64,000 bases of DNA from the sequence record LC680884.1; one strand, written 5' to 3'. The position numbers and the translations under genes were made by a program. The notes beneath the pieces are model-generated. The model was not told the DNA's origin and made no database searches. It was given only the letters and a program-made list of their open reading frames with translations. Below are positions 1 through 9,251 of the stretch, piece after piece. Position 1 is the first letter of the stretch. Each line of letters opens with the position of its first letter.

Positions 1-681
1 AATTTTAATCTCATTAATAACATAGTCATTCTCTTGTTTATTAAGAAGATTTATTGCCATTTCTTTAACTTCATCAATACTTAATTCTTTTTCCGAAGGT
101 ATTTTATAAAGTGGAAGACAAATCATTCCAAATGCATTAGTGACGTTAAATTTAATATTATATTCAAAGAATGGATTAATACTAGATAAACTATCAATAT
201 TAATTGGCTTCAGATCCGTACATTCAATACTTACACACTTATATTTATCTTGATTCATACCTTCAATATTACTATGAAGATGTCCATGGATATTTTTAGT
301 AATACCGTAATCAGAAAGAATCCTAAGATTAACTTCACTGAGTGGTTCATGAGTAAGAATAAGATCTTTATATTGATACATTCTATAAGGCATAAATCCA
401 AAACGTTTAAATTTAGTTTTTGAAACACCATTATCATGATTACCAAGAACAAGAATATTTCTAGTCTTCTTAAGCTTATCTACAATATATTTCATTCTTT
501 CTGTCTTACAGAAAAACATATCTCCAAGCCAAAATACTGTATCACCTTCAGATACAGTATCATTGAAATTTTTGATAATAGCTTCATCCATTTCATCAGT
601 ATCATTAAAATCTCTTATTTTTTCATATTTTAAAATACCTTTATGTCCAAAATGTGGATCACTGATCACCCAATTAGTCAT
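1..681 (-). CDS. Calcineurin-like metallophosphoesterase (3' end runs off the window; not in the ORF track)
   Basis: Manual translation from ATG at 681 (RBS AAGGGGAG): MTNWVISDPHFGHKG...LGDMF...LGNHD...THEP...IHGHLH. All five metallophosphoesterase motifs are present and the frame stays open to base 1. Confidence 0.88.
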   Translation of the reverse strand, partial: MTNWVISDPHFGHKGILKYEKIRDFNDTDEMDEAIIKNFNDTVSEGDTVFWLGDMFFCKTERMKYIVDKLKKTRNILVLGNHDNGVSKTKFKRFGFMPYRMYQYKDLILTHEPLSEVNLRILSDYGITKNIHGHLHSNIEGMNQDKYKCVSIECTDLKPINIDSLSSINPFFEYNIKFNVTNAFGMICLPLYKIPSEKELSIDEVKEMAINLLNKQENDYVINEIKI

Positions 682-728
682 TATAAATTCTCCCCTTATT
701 TCTCTAATTTTCTAGTATTCATAATTAC

Positions 729-1946
729 CTATCTAACTAAAATTAATTTTTCTTTTGCTCTAGTAATTCCTGTGTATAACCAATTTTTATGAAATTTCTT
801 ATTTAATCTTTCCTCAAACAATAGTACATTATCAAATTCAGAACCTTGGCTTTTATGACAACTAATGGCATATCCAAATTTAAATTCACTAATACCATAA
901 GTTTCAATAATTTTCTTTCTAAATACATAAAGAGATTTTTCATCAAATGATTCCCTTACCTTTTCATTCATAAAAGGAATTTTATTCATATATAATTTAG
1001 GGAATTTTTCTTCTTTAAAGAATTCTGGTCTAAAACTTATCTTATATGTAGCAGATCTTTTTTGATTTTCAATAGATTCTATTCTACCTATAAGACCATT
1101 TACTAATGAAACTTCTAAATTATCTTCATAAATAGTGTGTTCCCATTGATTTTTTCCACAAATAATCTTATCTCCCTCTACAGGAAATGGATTTTCTATT
1201 CCCAATATAAATCGTCTATGATAAGCATTAATACTTTGTACAGTCTTATTATAACCAGCAATTATTTGATCTGCACCTAAAAACATGTCTTTATATAACT
1301 CATGCCTTCTAATTACCTGTACCCTATCTCCATGAGTTCCATATGATATAAATTTTCCCTCCCTTGCCAACATTGATAAATAAATAATTGGGTTATCTAA
1401 TGCTTGTCTCATAATCTCATCAAGAAAAACATCTGGATTTTGTAATAGAGTGTTACTACTATTGCCGACTGGGAGCAATTGTCCCGGATCCCCAAGAGCC
1501 ATTGTCCTAATACCAAAAGAGTGTACTTCGTTAAGCATTCCTGTATCTACCATTGATACTTCATCAATTACAACTAATTTAATTTTATCATCCATTTCAT
1601 CTTTTTCTTTTAACCTGAATATAAATTTAAGGATTTCACCTGTTTCTGGATCTTTAACAGGAATAGCATGATAGATAAATTTGTGAATAGTACTAGCACC
1701 TACATTTCCCTTTCGTGTTAGAACGTTTGCCGCCATTCCTGTATATGCAATAAATACTACCTCATCAACATCTAAACCTATCTCTTCAATTATAAATTTA
1801 ACTAATGTTGATTTTCCTGTACCTGCTAATCCTGCAATAGTGAATATTCTGTCTGGATCTTTACCGTTGGTCTCCCTACCAAAATACCAATCAAGACATT
1901 CATTTTTAGCTTTATTTTGTTTATCAGTAAGAGTTATATCAGCCAA
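729..1946 (-). CDS. dda: SF1B ATP-dependent DNA helicase, Dda/RecD-like
   Basis: GLAGTGKS (Walker A), IDEVSMV, GDPGQLLPV, YAISCHKSQGSEF, LYTGITRAK. Confidence 0.88.
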   Translation of the reverse strand: MADITLTDKQNKAKNECLDWYFGRETNGKDPDRIFTIAGLAGTGKSTLVKFIIEEIGLDVDEVVFIAYTGMAANVLTRKGNVGASTIHKFIYHAIPVKDPETGEILKFIFRLKEKDEMDDKIKLVVIDEVSMVDTGMLNEVHSFGIRTMALGDPGQLLPVGNSSNTLLQNPDVFLDEIMRQALDNPIIYLSMLAREGKFISYGTHGDRVQVIRRHELYKDMFLGADQIIAGYNKTVQSINAYHRRFILGIENPFPVEGDKIICGKNQWEHTIYEDNLEVSLVNGLIGRIESIENQKRSATYKISFRPEFFKEEKFPKLYMNKIPFMNEKVRESFDEKSLYVFRKKIIETYGISEFKFGYAISCHKSQGSEFDNVLLFEERLNKKFHKNWLYTGITRAKEKLILVR

Positions 1947-1972
1947 TTTGTCTCTCCTCTTCCCTCTATCTC

Positions 1973-2422
1973 TTAAATAATATTATAATATTTAAGTAAC
2001 ATATCCATTATTATTTTATTTTTATCATTTATATTACATTCAGATACCCTTTCTTTCAATACCTTGTTATCAATATTTTTAAATTTTACTGAAAATTTAT
2101 CATTCATCTCTTCAATTTCGATACAATCAATATTATTATCTGCTAAGGTTAAAAAGTGAATAATATATTCATTATGCTCTTGATTTTTAAAAGCATTAAA
2201 ATAGTCATATTTCTTTTTATTTTTTCTTCTTAATTTTTTAGAAGAATCACTATATACTAAAAGCATCTTATCATAATTGTCTCTCAATGGTATTCCTGAA
2301 AGAAATATTTTATCATCTTTTAGTTCTAATGTTTCATCATTTTCTGATAGAATCTCTTTAAGTAATGAAAATGAAAGATGTGATTCTCGATAAAGAGTAT
2401 GATGTGAATATTCTTCTGTCAT
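1973..2422 (-). CDS. Hypothetical protein
   Basis: 149-aa ORF with RBS, coupled (ATGA overlap) to the upstream HTH gene. Confidence 0.6.
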   Translation of the reverse strand: MTEEYSHHTLYRESHLSFSLLKEILSENDETLELKDDKIFLSGIPLRDNYDKMLLVYSDSSKKLRRKNKKKYDYFNAFKNQEHNEYIIHFLTLADNNIDCIEIEEMNDKFSVKFKNIDNKVLKERVSECNINDKNKIIMDMLLKYYNII

Positions 2423-2583
2423 AGACTACCTCTTCTCTTATTCTTATAATCGATATTAAAACTCTTAATGCATCTCCTAATAGTTGTTTTACTTACATCT
2501 AGTTCGTCTGCTATTTCATTTAATGTCCAAGTAGGATGCTGTTTGATTACTTTTTGTAATTTTCCTTTTGTTAGCCTAATCAT
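2419..2583 (-). CDS. Small helix-turn-helix protein, 54 aa (below the ORF-track cutoff)
   Basis: MIRLTKGKLQKVIKQHPTWTLNEIADELDVSKTTIRRCIKSFNIDYKNKRRGSL. TLNEIADELDVSKTTIRR is a classic HTH; RBS AAAGGAG; TGA overlaps the next ATG. Confidence 0.8.
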   Translation of the reverse strand: MIRLTKGKLQKVIKQHPTWTLNEIADELDVSKTTIRRCIKSFNIDYKNKRRGSL

Positions 2584-2595
2584 AATATTTCTCCT

Positions 2596-3231
2596 TTAAG
2601 ATATAAGTCTTATTGAAAATGAAGTTGGATTGATATTCTTATTGTCAAAACTAGTACTATATGTTGGATTTTCTTTCTTAACACTATAATTCATTGTAAA
2701 AGAAACCCAAGGATCATTTGATATAACTTTTTTCCATATATTTGGGTTCTTAAGCGATTTATACTTTCTTTTAAAGAAGCTTATTCTATTATCTACATTT
2801 TCAATAATATCCTTAAAAATGTTTCTATCAAAGAACTTAATTAATAATATTCTTGCTAAACTATCAGCTTTTAATTCTTCTTCACAATATTCTATATTCA
2901 TTTTATTTGGATTGTAATCTTGGTTAAAGAAAGTATGTTCACCACAAAAATGATGCCCTAATTCATGAAGGAATGTATATATTATATCACCTTCTGTAAG
3001 TAAAAATTTACTATCCAGAATAATTGTGATTCTTTTTTTATGAAATTCATAGTATCCCTGTAAAGTTTCTTTTTCATTATCCATTCTATTTCTTAAAATA
3101 ACAGAATCTACCCTTTTCATATAAAGATAATCTATCATTTTATTTTTTTGTAAAGTTCTCAAACAATGAAAGATTGCATATTTTGCTTTTTTACTCCATT
3201 CACTATCAACCTTGTCAATTACACAAATCAT
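2596..3231 (-). CDS. ImmA/IrrE-like Zn metallopeptidase (HExxH)
   Basis: TFLHELGHHF followed by EEELKADSLA (HExxH...ExxA pattern). Confidence 0.7.
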   Translation of the reverse strand: MICVIDKVDSEWSKKAKYAIFHCLRTLQKNKMIDYLYMKRVDSVILRNRMDNEKETLQGYYEFHKKRITIILDSKFLLTEGDIIYTFLHELGHHFCGEHTFFNQDYNPNKMNIEYCEEELKADSLARILLIKFFDRNIFKDIIENVDNRISFFKRKYKSLKNPNIWKKVISNDPWVSFTMNYSVKKENPTYSTSFDNKNINPTSFSIRLIS

Positions 3232-3271
3232 TGTTCTTCCTCCATTTATTTATTATATTTTTATCTTTATT

Positions 3272-3284
3272 ATAATATAAATTT
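3272..3284 (-). promoter_or_regulatory. Early-type phage promoter, one-mismatch variant
   Basis: AAATTTATATTAT on the minus strand, upstream of 3231. Confidence 0.5.
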
Positions 3285-3304
3285 CATTTTTTAAATAAAC
3301 TTTG

Positions 3305-3316
3305 AACAATTACTTA
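3305..3316 (+). promoter_or_regulatory. Late-type promoter AACA-N6-TA
   Basis: AACAATTACTTA, 20 nt before the ATG at 3336. Confidence 0.65.
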
Positions 3317-3335
3317 GAGAAGGAGGAATTTAATA

Positions 3336-5291
3336 ATGCTAGATGTATTTGAGAATAACTTATTAACAAATGCAAATTTTGAAGGAGTTTTTGATGGAAT
3401 CGTTATGGAAAGTAATGACGATAACTCAATTATTGTATATATACCTAAACTATTTATAAGTATAAATGAAAAAGATAATATATTAATTGCAAATGAGAAT
3501 ATAAAGAATACAAATATAATTGGAAATGATATAACAAAAACATCTGTTAAAACTATTAATGGGATTGTATGTAAGCCATTAATTAAAAATCAGCAACTTA
3601 TAATACCAGAAAAAGGAGAACATGTTGTTGTTGTATTTTTAGATGGTGATCCTCAAAGAGCATACTATCTTAACTATAATATTTATGGGGATATCAGTGA
3701 TAATAAATTCACTAAATCTCTCAGAGAAGAAAGCAATAAATTTAATATTTTAAATATTATTGATGAATTTTCTCTCATATATAATAAGAGCAATAAATGC
3801 TTCTATATTACTAACGATTCATATCAAATTAGAATCTGTCCTGAAGGTATAACTTTTCTTAAGGATGGAGAGGAAATTGATATGAAAGGAAAAGATGGTA
3901 AACAAGGCGAACGAGGTGAAAAAGGAGAACAGGGGGAGAAAGGTGAGAAGGGAGAAACAGGAGAGAAAGGTGAACAAGGCGAACGAGGTGAAAAAGGAGA
4001 GCAAGGAAAAAGGGGTGAAAAAGGTGAGAGAGGTGATCCTGGTCCAAGGGGAGAACCAGGACCAGCAGGAATGGACGGAATTCCCGGAGAGAAAGGTGAA
4101 CAAGGAGAGAAGGGTGAACAAGGCGAACGAGGTGAAAAAGGAGAAAAGGGAGATCCTAGAACTTGGGATGATTTAGAAAATAAGCCTATTGGAAAAGAAG
4201 GTCAATCTTATTTTATTTCATCTAACAACTCTAGTGATGTTACCTTGGATTATACATTACATGAAGGAAATTTTATTGAAAATGATCAAGAATTAATTGA
4301 TGCTAAAGGAAAGGAAGTTACTTTTAAAGAAATATACAATGAATGGCAAAGATTTTCTCATTCTAAGAAATCAGAGGATCAACCAGCGTCTACTGATGAA
4401 ATCACTAAATGGAGTTATAATGACGCTAGTGATAGTATTAAATGTACTGTAAATTCTAGCACATATATAGGTTTTGTTAGTCATGAAAAATATGATAACT
4501 TTGTTCATGAAGCAGTACTCTCATCAACTAATGGAGATGATGATACTATTGGTTTAATTGCTGCATTTACAACTGATTCTAGTGGAAGAGAGTATACAAT
4601 ATCAGCAATAAGAGTAAGAAACAACGACCAAGGACATGTCCAAGTTAATGGAGTAAATTATCAATGGGCATTAGTTTATAATTATGGAAGATCAGATGAA
4701 AAGGTACTTGCCTTTAAGAATATCAATGATACTACTGGAGCATGGAAAGATATACCGAATGGTACTAAAATAAGTATTAGACGTGAAGGAAATAAAATTC
4801 AGGCATTAACATCTTTATTTAATAGTAAAACTCTACTTGAGGAATCTATTTTAGAAATTGAGTTAACATCATTGGATATTCTTAAAAAATTTATAGGCGC
4901 ACAACAATATGGATTCTCATGTTATTCCCAAAATGAAACAACATTTAGTGATTTATATTTTGCAGTTAATAATAATCTTATTTATGATATTAGAAATAAT
5001 GATGTTTGGAAATTTGTGAATTACAAATGGATCATACAAACTAGTAGAAGCACAATAAAAGATTTTGGAGCAGGTAAATTTCTCATTAATTTACAGACAA
5101 GAAAATTATTTTACACAGATGTTAATGGAATTAAATTAATAATTTCAGGAAGAAATAATGATTCATATGATACAAGTAATCGCCCAACAAAAAATCTATT
5201 TATAGGTATGCAGATTTATGATAAGAATTTAAAGAAACCATTATGGTATGATGGAAAAAATTGGAGAGATTCTACAGGAACGATTGCATAA
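3336..5291 (+). CDS. Baseplate hub/spike protein: gp5/VgrG-like OB-fold N-terminus, collagen-like stalk, C-terminal globular domain
   Basis: [23 protein letters not shown] resembles the gp5/VgrG OB-fold signature; 30 consecutive Gly-X-Y triplets. Confidence 0.7.
   Translation: MLDVFENNLLTNANFEGVFDGIVMESNDDNSIIVYIPKLFISINEKDNILIANENIKNTNIIGNDITKTSVKTINGIVCKPLIKNQQLIIPEKGEHVVVVFLDGDPQRAYYLNYNIYGDISDNKFTKSLREESNKFNILNIIDEFSLIYNKSNKCFYITNDSYQIRICPEGITFLKDGEEIDMKGKDGKQGERGEKGEQGEKGEKGETGEKGEQGERGEKGEQGKRGEKGERGDPGPRGEPGPAGMDGIPGEKGEQGEKGEQGERGEKGEKGDPRTWDDLENKPIGKEGQSYFISSNNSSDVTLDYTLHEGNFIENDQELIDAKGKEVTFKEIYNEWQRFSHSKKSEDQPASTDEITKWSYNDASDSIKCTVNSSTYIGFVSHEKYDNFVHEAVLSSTNGDDDTIGLIAAFTTDSSGREYTISAIRVRNNDQGHVQVNGVNYQWALVYNYGRSDEKVLAFKNINDTTGAWKDIPNGTKISIRREGNKIQALTSLFNSKTLLEESILEIELTSLDILKKFIGAQQYGFSCYSQNETTFSDLYFAVNNNLIYDIRNNDVWKFVNYKWIIQTSRSTIKDFGAGKFLINLQTRKLFYTDVNGIKLIISGRNNDSYDTSNRPTKNLFIGMQIYDKNLKKPLWYDGKNWRDSTGTIA
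3888..4157 (+). repeat. Collagen-like Gly-X-Y repeat (30 triplets) within the CDS
   Basis: [15 protein letters not shown] ... GEK GDP; purine-rich 9-nt periodicity. Confidence 0.95.
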
Positions 5292-5306
5292 TAGGAGGAT
5301 ATCTAA

Positions 5307-5879
5307 GTGTATATTATTCGTAACTATAGGAGATTTAGACGTAAGACTGAATATATTATTATAACTCATGCAAGAAATTTAATGGAAAAAGTTTATATTG
5401 ATCCCTCTGTAATCCAAAGTACTAATAAGTATACTTGGGGAATTTGGCAAAAATATTTTATTGAGGACTTAAAGAAACCAGCATTGCCTTGCCATTATTT
5501 TGAAGAATATTTAGATAGAGATTATGCAGTATTTAAAGGAATTGCAGATTTTCAACCTAGTTATTTTATTGAGGATTTAGTATCAGCAGGAGTTATTGAG
5601 TATAAGTATTTAAATAGTATATTGATTGTTATTGGGGATGATTTTTCAGTCAATACTATTGAAAATAGACTAGCTGAACATCTATGTGATAAAGTCATTA
5701 CACCTCTTCTAAGGACTTATGAGTTAGATTTTACTAGAGTAAAATATATAGATGATTGTCTTGAAGAATCATGGGAAGAAAACTTAAAATATTCAACACT
5801 TGAATATAAGTATGTGAAAGCAAAATATTTTGACTTTCAAACAATTAAAAGCAATATTGATAAATACAAAAAGAAATAG
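5307..5879 (+). CDS. Putative degenerate Amidase_2/PGRP-fold protein
   Basis: YIIITH, PCHYF, SILIVIGDDFS follow the amidase-fold strand order; the C-terminal GH...CPG ligands are absent; GTG start. Confidence 0.4.
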   Translation: MYIIRNYRRFRRKTEYIIITHARNLMEKVYIDPSVIQSTNKYTWGIWQKYFIEDLKKPALPCHYFEEYLDRDYAVFKGIADFQPSYFIEDLVSAGVIEYKYLNSILIVIGDDFSVNTIENRLAEHLCDKVITPLLRTYELDFTRVKYIDDCLEESWEENLKYSTLEYKYVKAKYFDFQTIKSNIDKYKKK

Positions 5880-5890
5880 AGGTGTAATTA

Positions 5891-8437
5891 ATGATAGTAG
5901 ATAATGACTTACTAATTCTAATGGATGATAATTCAATAAACAGTAGTTCTGCCGCCGACATGAGAACTTCTATTACGCATTCCAAGGGTAATAAAATTAC
6001 CCTTGATAACATCAGCAGTTATTATGTATTTGATAATAAGATTAAATTTGGAATGAATTTTTTAAGAAAATATGAACATATTTTCAAGCAGTATTATATG
6101 ACATATACTATTGAAGATAAATACTTTTATAGACCGGAATATATAAGCTATTTATTGTATGAAACAACTGATCTATGGTACTTATTGTTATTTATTAACA
6201 ATATGACTCGTCCTGATGAATTTAATAAAAATAATATTATTATATTTGATCCATCTTATTTAAGTGTGTTTAATGATATTATTGAAAAAGAAAAAAATTC
6301 AATAAATAATATGTCTAATCCAACAGTATTGGAACGAGAGACTGTCAGAGATTTAAATCAACCAAGTAAAAGAATTTTATCAAGTCGATATGATAAAAAG
6401 ATTAGCCCATTAAATCCACCTGAAAAACCAAAGAAACTTACTACTATTACAGACTTTGTTAATAATTTTAAAGATATATATTCTCCAATTATGAGAGGTA
6501 AATTATTAAAGAAAATCTATAAGATAACAGATAATACTGGTAAATATGCAATGTTAACCAATACATTTGTGTCTAATAAATTAAGATTGGACGATAATTG
6601 TGATACAGGTTTTCCTATAAGTTTTGGAAAAAATTATCGACAACTCTTTGAAGGTTATATTTTTATTGATAATGAAGATGAATATGAGTTTAAACCCATT
6701 GTAATGGGTAACTGTAAATTAAATATTGATGATAAACAAGTAATCAATACTCTTGGTGAAAATTTTACAATTAATGAGAATATTTTTGAAACACAAACAA
6801 AAAATTCAGATTTCAAAACTGGTAGTACTGATGGTTGGGATGTATTGGATGGAGAGTTAATCAAAGACAATGAAGGTAAAAATATTCTAAAAAAAGTATA
6901 TGAAAAACAAGAAAAGGGTTCTAATATTGCTAAAGTTAATCTTGATGTTTCATTAATTAAGACATATAGAGATCTAGCTATTACAACAACTTATAAATCA
7001 ATTGATAATGGAAACTTATTATTTTCAGGTGCATCAGTAACAGTTGAATATACAGATAATACTAAAATTGTATTTGAAAATAATAAAGAGTATGCCTATT
7101 TTAATAATAATGCTAATTTTACAGACTCTGTTATAATTGTTACATTTATTAAAGGTAAGACACTTAAAAATATCACTATTGATTTCCCAGTTGAGAGAAA
7201 ACCAATGTATAATGAACTATTGAATGGTGAAGTGAATATTTCTCAACTAAAAGTCCAACCTGTTTTATATGATTCAGCAAAGATTAAGTTATCAGGAAAT
7301 AGATGGCATAAATTTAAACTTCAATATGACATGATTGAGCAACCGTCATCTTATCTACAATTATTATTTAAAGGCTCAAATGATACACAATATAAAAATA
7401 TTAATGAATCTTCATTTGCATTTTCTCCTGATGGTAATTTAAGTAAAAATGAACAAAAGAATACCATTTTAAATGTTTTTTATGACATTAATGAAGAGTT
7501 TATTTTTACTCAAGAATATTTAAATGATAATAATTTTTCTTATGATGATATAAATCCAATTAATGGTTTCATCCCACAAGGAATAAATTATACAATTAGA
7601 CAATATTCTAAATTAAAATTAGTTCCAAATACTAAATATATGATTCAGGGAAATAGAGATGATGTTATACAAATTTATATGAACGATGAACTAATTCTTG
7701 AGAAATCATCTGGTATTGATGATATTTATACTAAAGATATTATTGCTACTAAGGAAGAGATTGTAGATCTATTAGTTGTATATAAACATTTTAATGGAAA
7801 TGGAAAAGCATTCTTTAATATAAAATCATTACCAGATAAATATAATAATCCAGACTGGGGGTTAGTAGATAATAAAGGATCTATTTTAATTCCTTCTTCC
7901 ACTGATTGGAAAGGAACAACTAATAGTGTTATTTTAAATGATTACTCTTCAGGTCTAAATAATTATTATTTTACTGGCGATGATAGAGGTTTATCTGATT
8001 ATCGTTTAAAAGTTATGGTAAAAGGAAGTAAATATCATCAAGGAAATCTAGGAGTAATCTTTAGAATGCAAGGTGAGGATGAATATTATCTATATACTAT
8101 AAGAAGAAAAAATATAGACAAAGGAATAGTTTATCCTATGTTATCTGGTTTATATAAAATCTCTCCTAAATATTCTGAGATAGATATTTCGTCAGATGGA
8201 TTGCATAAAGTAAGAGGAAAATTATTATCAACTACTGAACAGACTTATCTAAGTGATGAAAATAATTGTATTTTTATTATGATGTACCATAATAGAATTA
8301 GAGTTTATGACAGAGTTGGTGGATATCCAATTGTAGATTTTACTGATACTGATTCTCCACTATTGGAAGGTAGTTTTGGATTCAGTATCTTTGATCAATC
8401 AGATGTTGAATATACAGATATTGAAATTTCTTATTGA
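5891..8437 (+). CDS. Baseplate wedge protein: T4 gp53/LysM-like N-terminus plus beta-sandwich (carbohydrate-binding-like) domains
   Basis: YRPEYISYLLYETTDLWYLLLFINNM is gp53-like; DDVIQIYMNDELIL is PA14-like; lectin-like C-terminus. Confidence 0.6.
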   Translation: MIVDNDLLILMDDNSINSSSAADMRTSITHSKGNKITLDNISSYYVFDNKIKFGMNFLRKYEHIFKQYYMTYTIEDKYFYRPEYISYLLYETTDLWYLLLFINNMTRPDEFNKNNIIIFDPSYLSVFNDIIEKEKNSINNMSNPTVLERETVRDLNQPSKRILSSRYDKKISPLNPPEKPKKLTTITDFVNNFKDIYSPIMRGKLLKKIYKITDNTGKYAMLTNTFVSNKLRLDDNCDTGFPISFGKNYRQLFEGYIFIDNEDEYEFKPIVMGNCKLNIDDKQVINTLGENFTINENIFETQTKNSDFKTGSTDGWDVLDGELIKDNEGKNILKKVYEKQEKGSNIAKVNLDVSLIKTYRDLAITTTYKSIDNGNLLFSGASVTVEYTDNTKIVFENNKEYAYFNNNANFTDSVIIVTFIKGKTLKNITIDFPVERKPMYNELLNGEVNISQLKVQPVLYDSAKIKLSGNRWHKFKLQYDMIEQPSSYLQLLFKGSNDTQYKNINESSFAFSPDGNLSKNEQKNTILNVFYDINEEFIFTQEYLNDNNFSYDDINPINGFIPQGINYTIRQYSKLKLVPNTKYMIQGNRDDVIQIYMNDELILEKSSGIDDIYTKDIIATKEEIVDLLVVYKHFNGNGKAFFNIKSLPDKYNNPDWGLVDNKGSILIPSSTDWKGTTNSVILNDYSSGLNNYYFTGDDRGLSDYRLKVMVKGSKYHQGNLGVIFRMQGEDEYYLYTIRRKNIDKGIVYPMLSGLYKISPKYSEIDISSDGLHKVRGKLLSTTEQTYLSDENNCIFIMMYHNRIRVYDRVGGYPIVDFTDTDSPLLEGSFGFSIFDQSDVEYTDIEISY

Positions 8438-8443
8438 AAAAAA

Positions 8444-8481
8444 AAAATAACCATAGACATATTTATGTCTATGGTTATTTT
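8444..8481. terminator. Bidirectional intrinsic terminator between convergent genes
   Basis: AAAATAACCATAGACAT / ATGTCTATGGTTATTTT inverted repeat with A/T tracts. Confidence 0.85.
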
Positions 8482-8482
8482 G

Positions 8483-9007
8483 TTAAAATGCAAATCCATT
8501 TTGTGAAATACCATCTAACTTCAATTTATCTTTATAATATATAATAACTTCTTGATCAGAGGCATATTTACCTATAGGCATTTGAATGTCATCTACTTTA
8601 AGTATATATTGTCTACTAGTTGTATTAGCCCATGCTATATATTTCTCTCCTTTTTTAAATGCTATTTCATCATCATAGTCAAAAATATCTTCTAAAACTT
8701 CTACATATATTTTTTCTGGCATAATTGGTTTTTCATATGGATATTTAAAATAATCATTAGTAAATTCTTCAATAAAATCTATAACATTCTCATGCTTTCT
8801 ATGAGGTTTATCTAAATCAATATATTCACTATGAAAACGACTCATCATTTCACTATGAAATTGAGAAAAAGTTTTTAGATCTCTTAGAGTCTCATTTTCT
8901 TCTTGTAAAATTTTTTCATCTGTTACTAGTTCTTTAATATCATCAAGGATTTTATCTCTTTTTCTCTGATTCATTTTTAATTTCCTCCTGTAATCTTCTT
9001 TTAACAT
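8483..9007 (-). CDS. Hypothetical protein
   Basis: 174-aa ORF in the minus-strand operon. Confidence 0.6.
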   Translation of the reverse strand: MLKEDYRRKLKMNQRKRDKILDDIKELVTDEKILQEENETLRDLKTFSQFHSEMMSRFHSEYIDLDKPHRKHENVIDFIEEFTNDYFKYPYEKPIMPEKIYVEVLEDIFDYDDEIAFKKGEKYIAWANTTSRQYILKVDDIQMPIGKYASDQEVIIYYKDKLKLDGISQNGFAF

Positions 9008-9251
9008 ATTCTTCTAATATTAAAATATTTACAGTCATAGATAATATAACGTTAATTATAAATATCCCAATTTGAGTATTAATACTCAAATTGGGAAAAT
9101 ACTTAGTTAACACAGTTTCAGTACTTACTATTGATGAAGTTAAAAGAGGTATAAGAATAGATATTTTAAGAAATATTTTAGGCAGTAGTGACATATTTTC
9201 TCCTTTAGAATGGAATTCCACTATCTTTTTCAATACCATTATTTGCTTCAA
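8952..9251 (-). CDS. Hypothetical membrane protein (real start probably MSLLPK)
   Basis: Two hydrophobic segments. Confidence 0.55.
   Translation of the reverse strand: MKQIMVLKKIVEFHSKGENMSLLPKIFLKISILIPLLTSSIVSTETVLTKYFPNLSINTQIGIFIINVILSMTVNILILEEYVKRRLQEEIKNESEKKR

Noticed and set aside
255-633. Track ORFs 255-452(-) and 436-633(+)
   Set aside because: Both overlap the real metallophosphoesterase frame (1-681, minus).
3888-4157. CRISPR-like or regulatory DNA repeat array
   Set aside because: The 9-nt periodicity is explained by Gly-X-Y coding, and there are no spacers. The overlapping ORFs 3819-4121, 3859-4047 and 3895-4176 are shadow frames.
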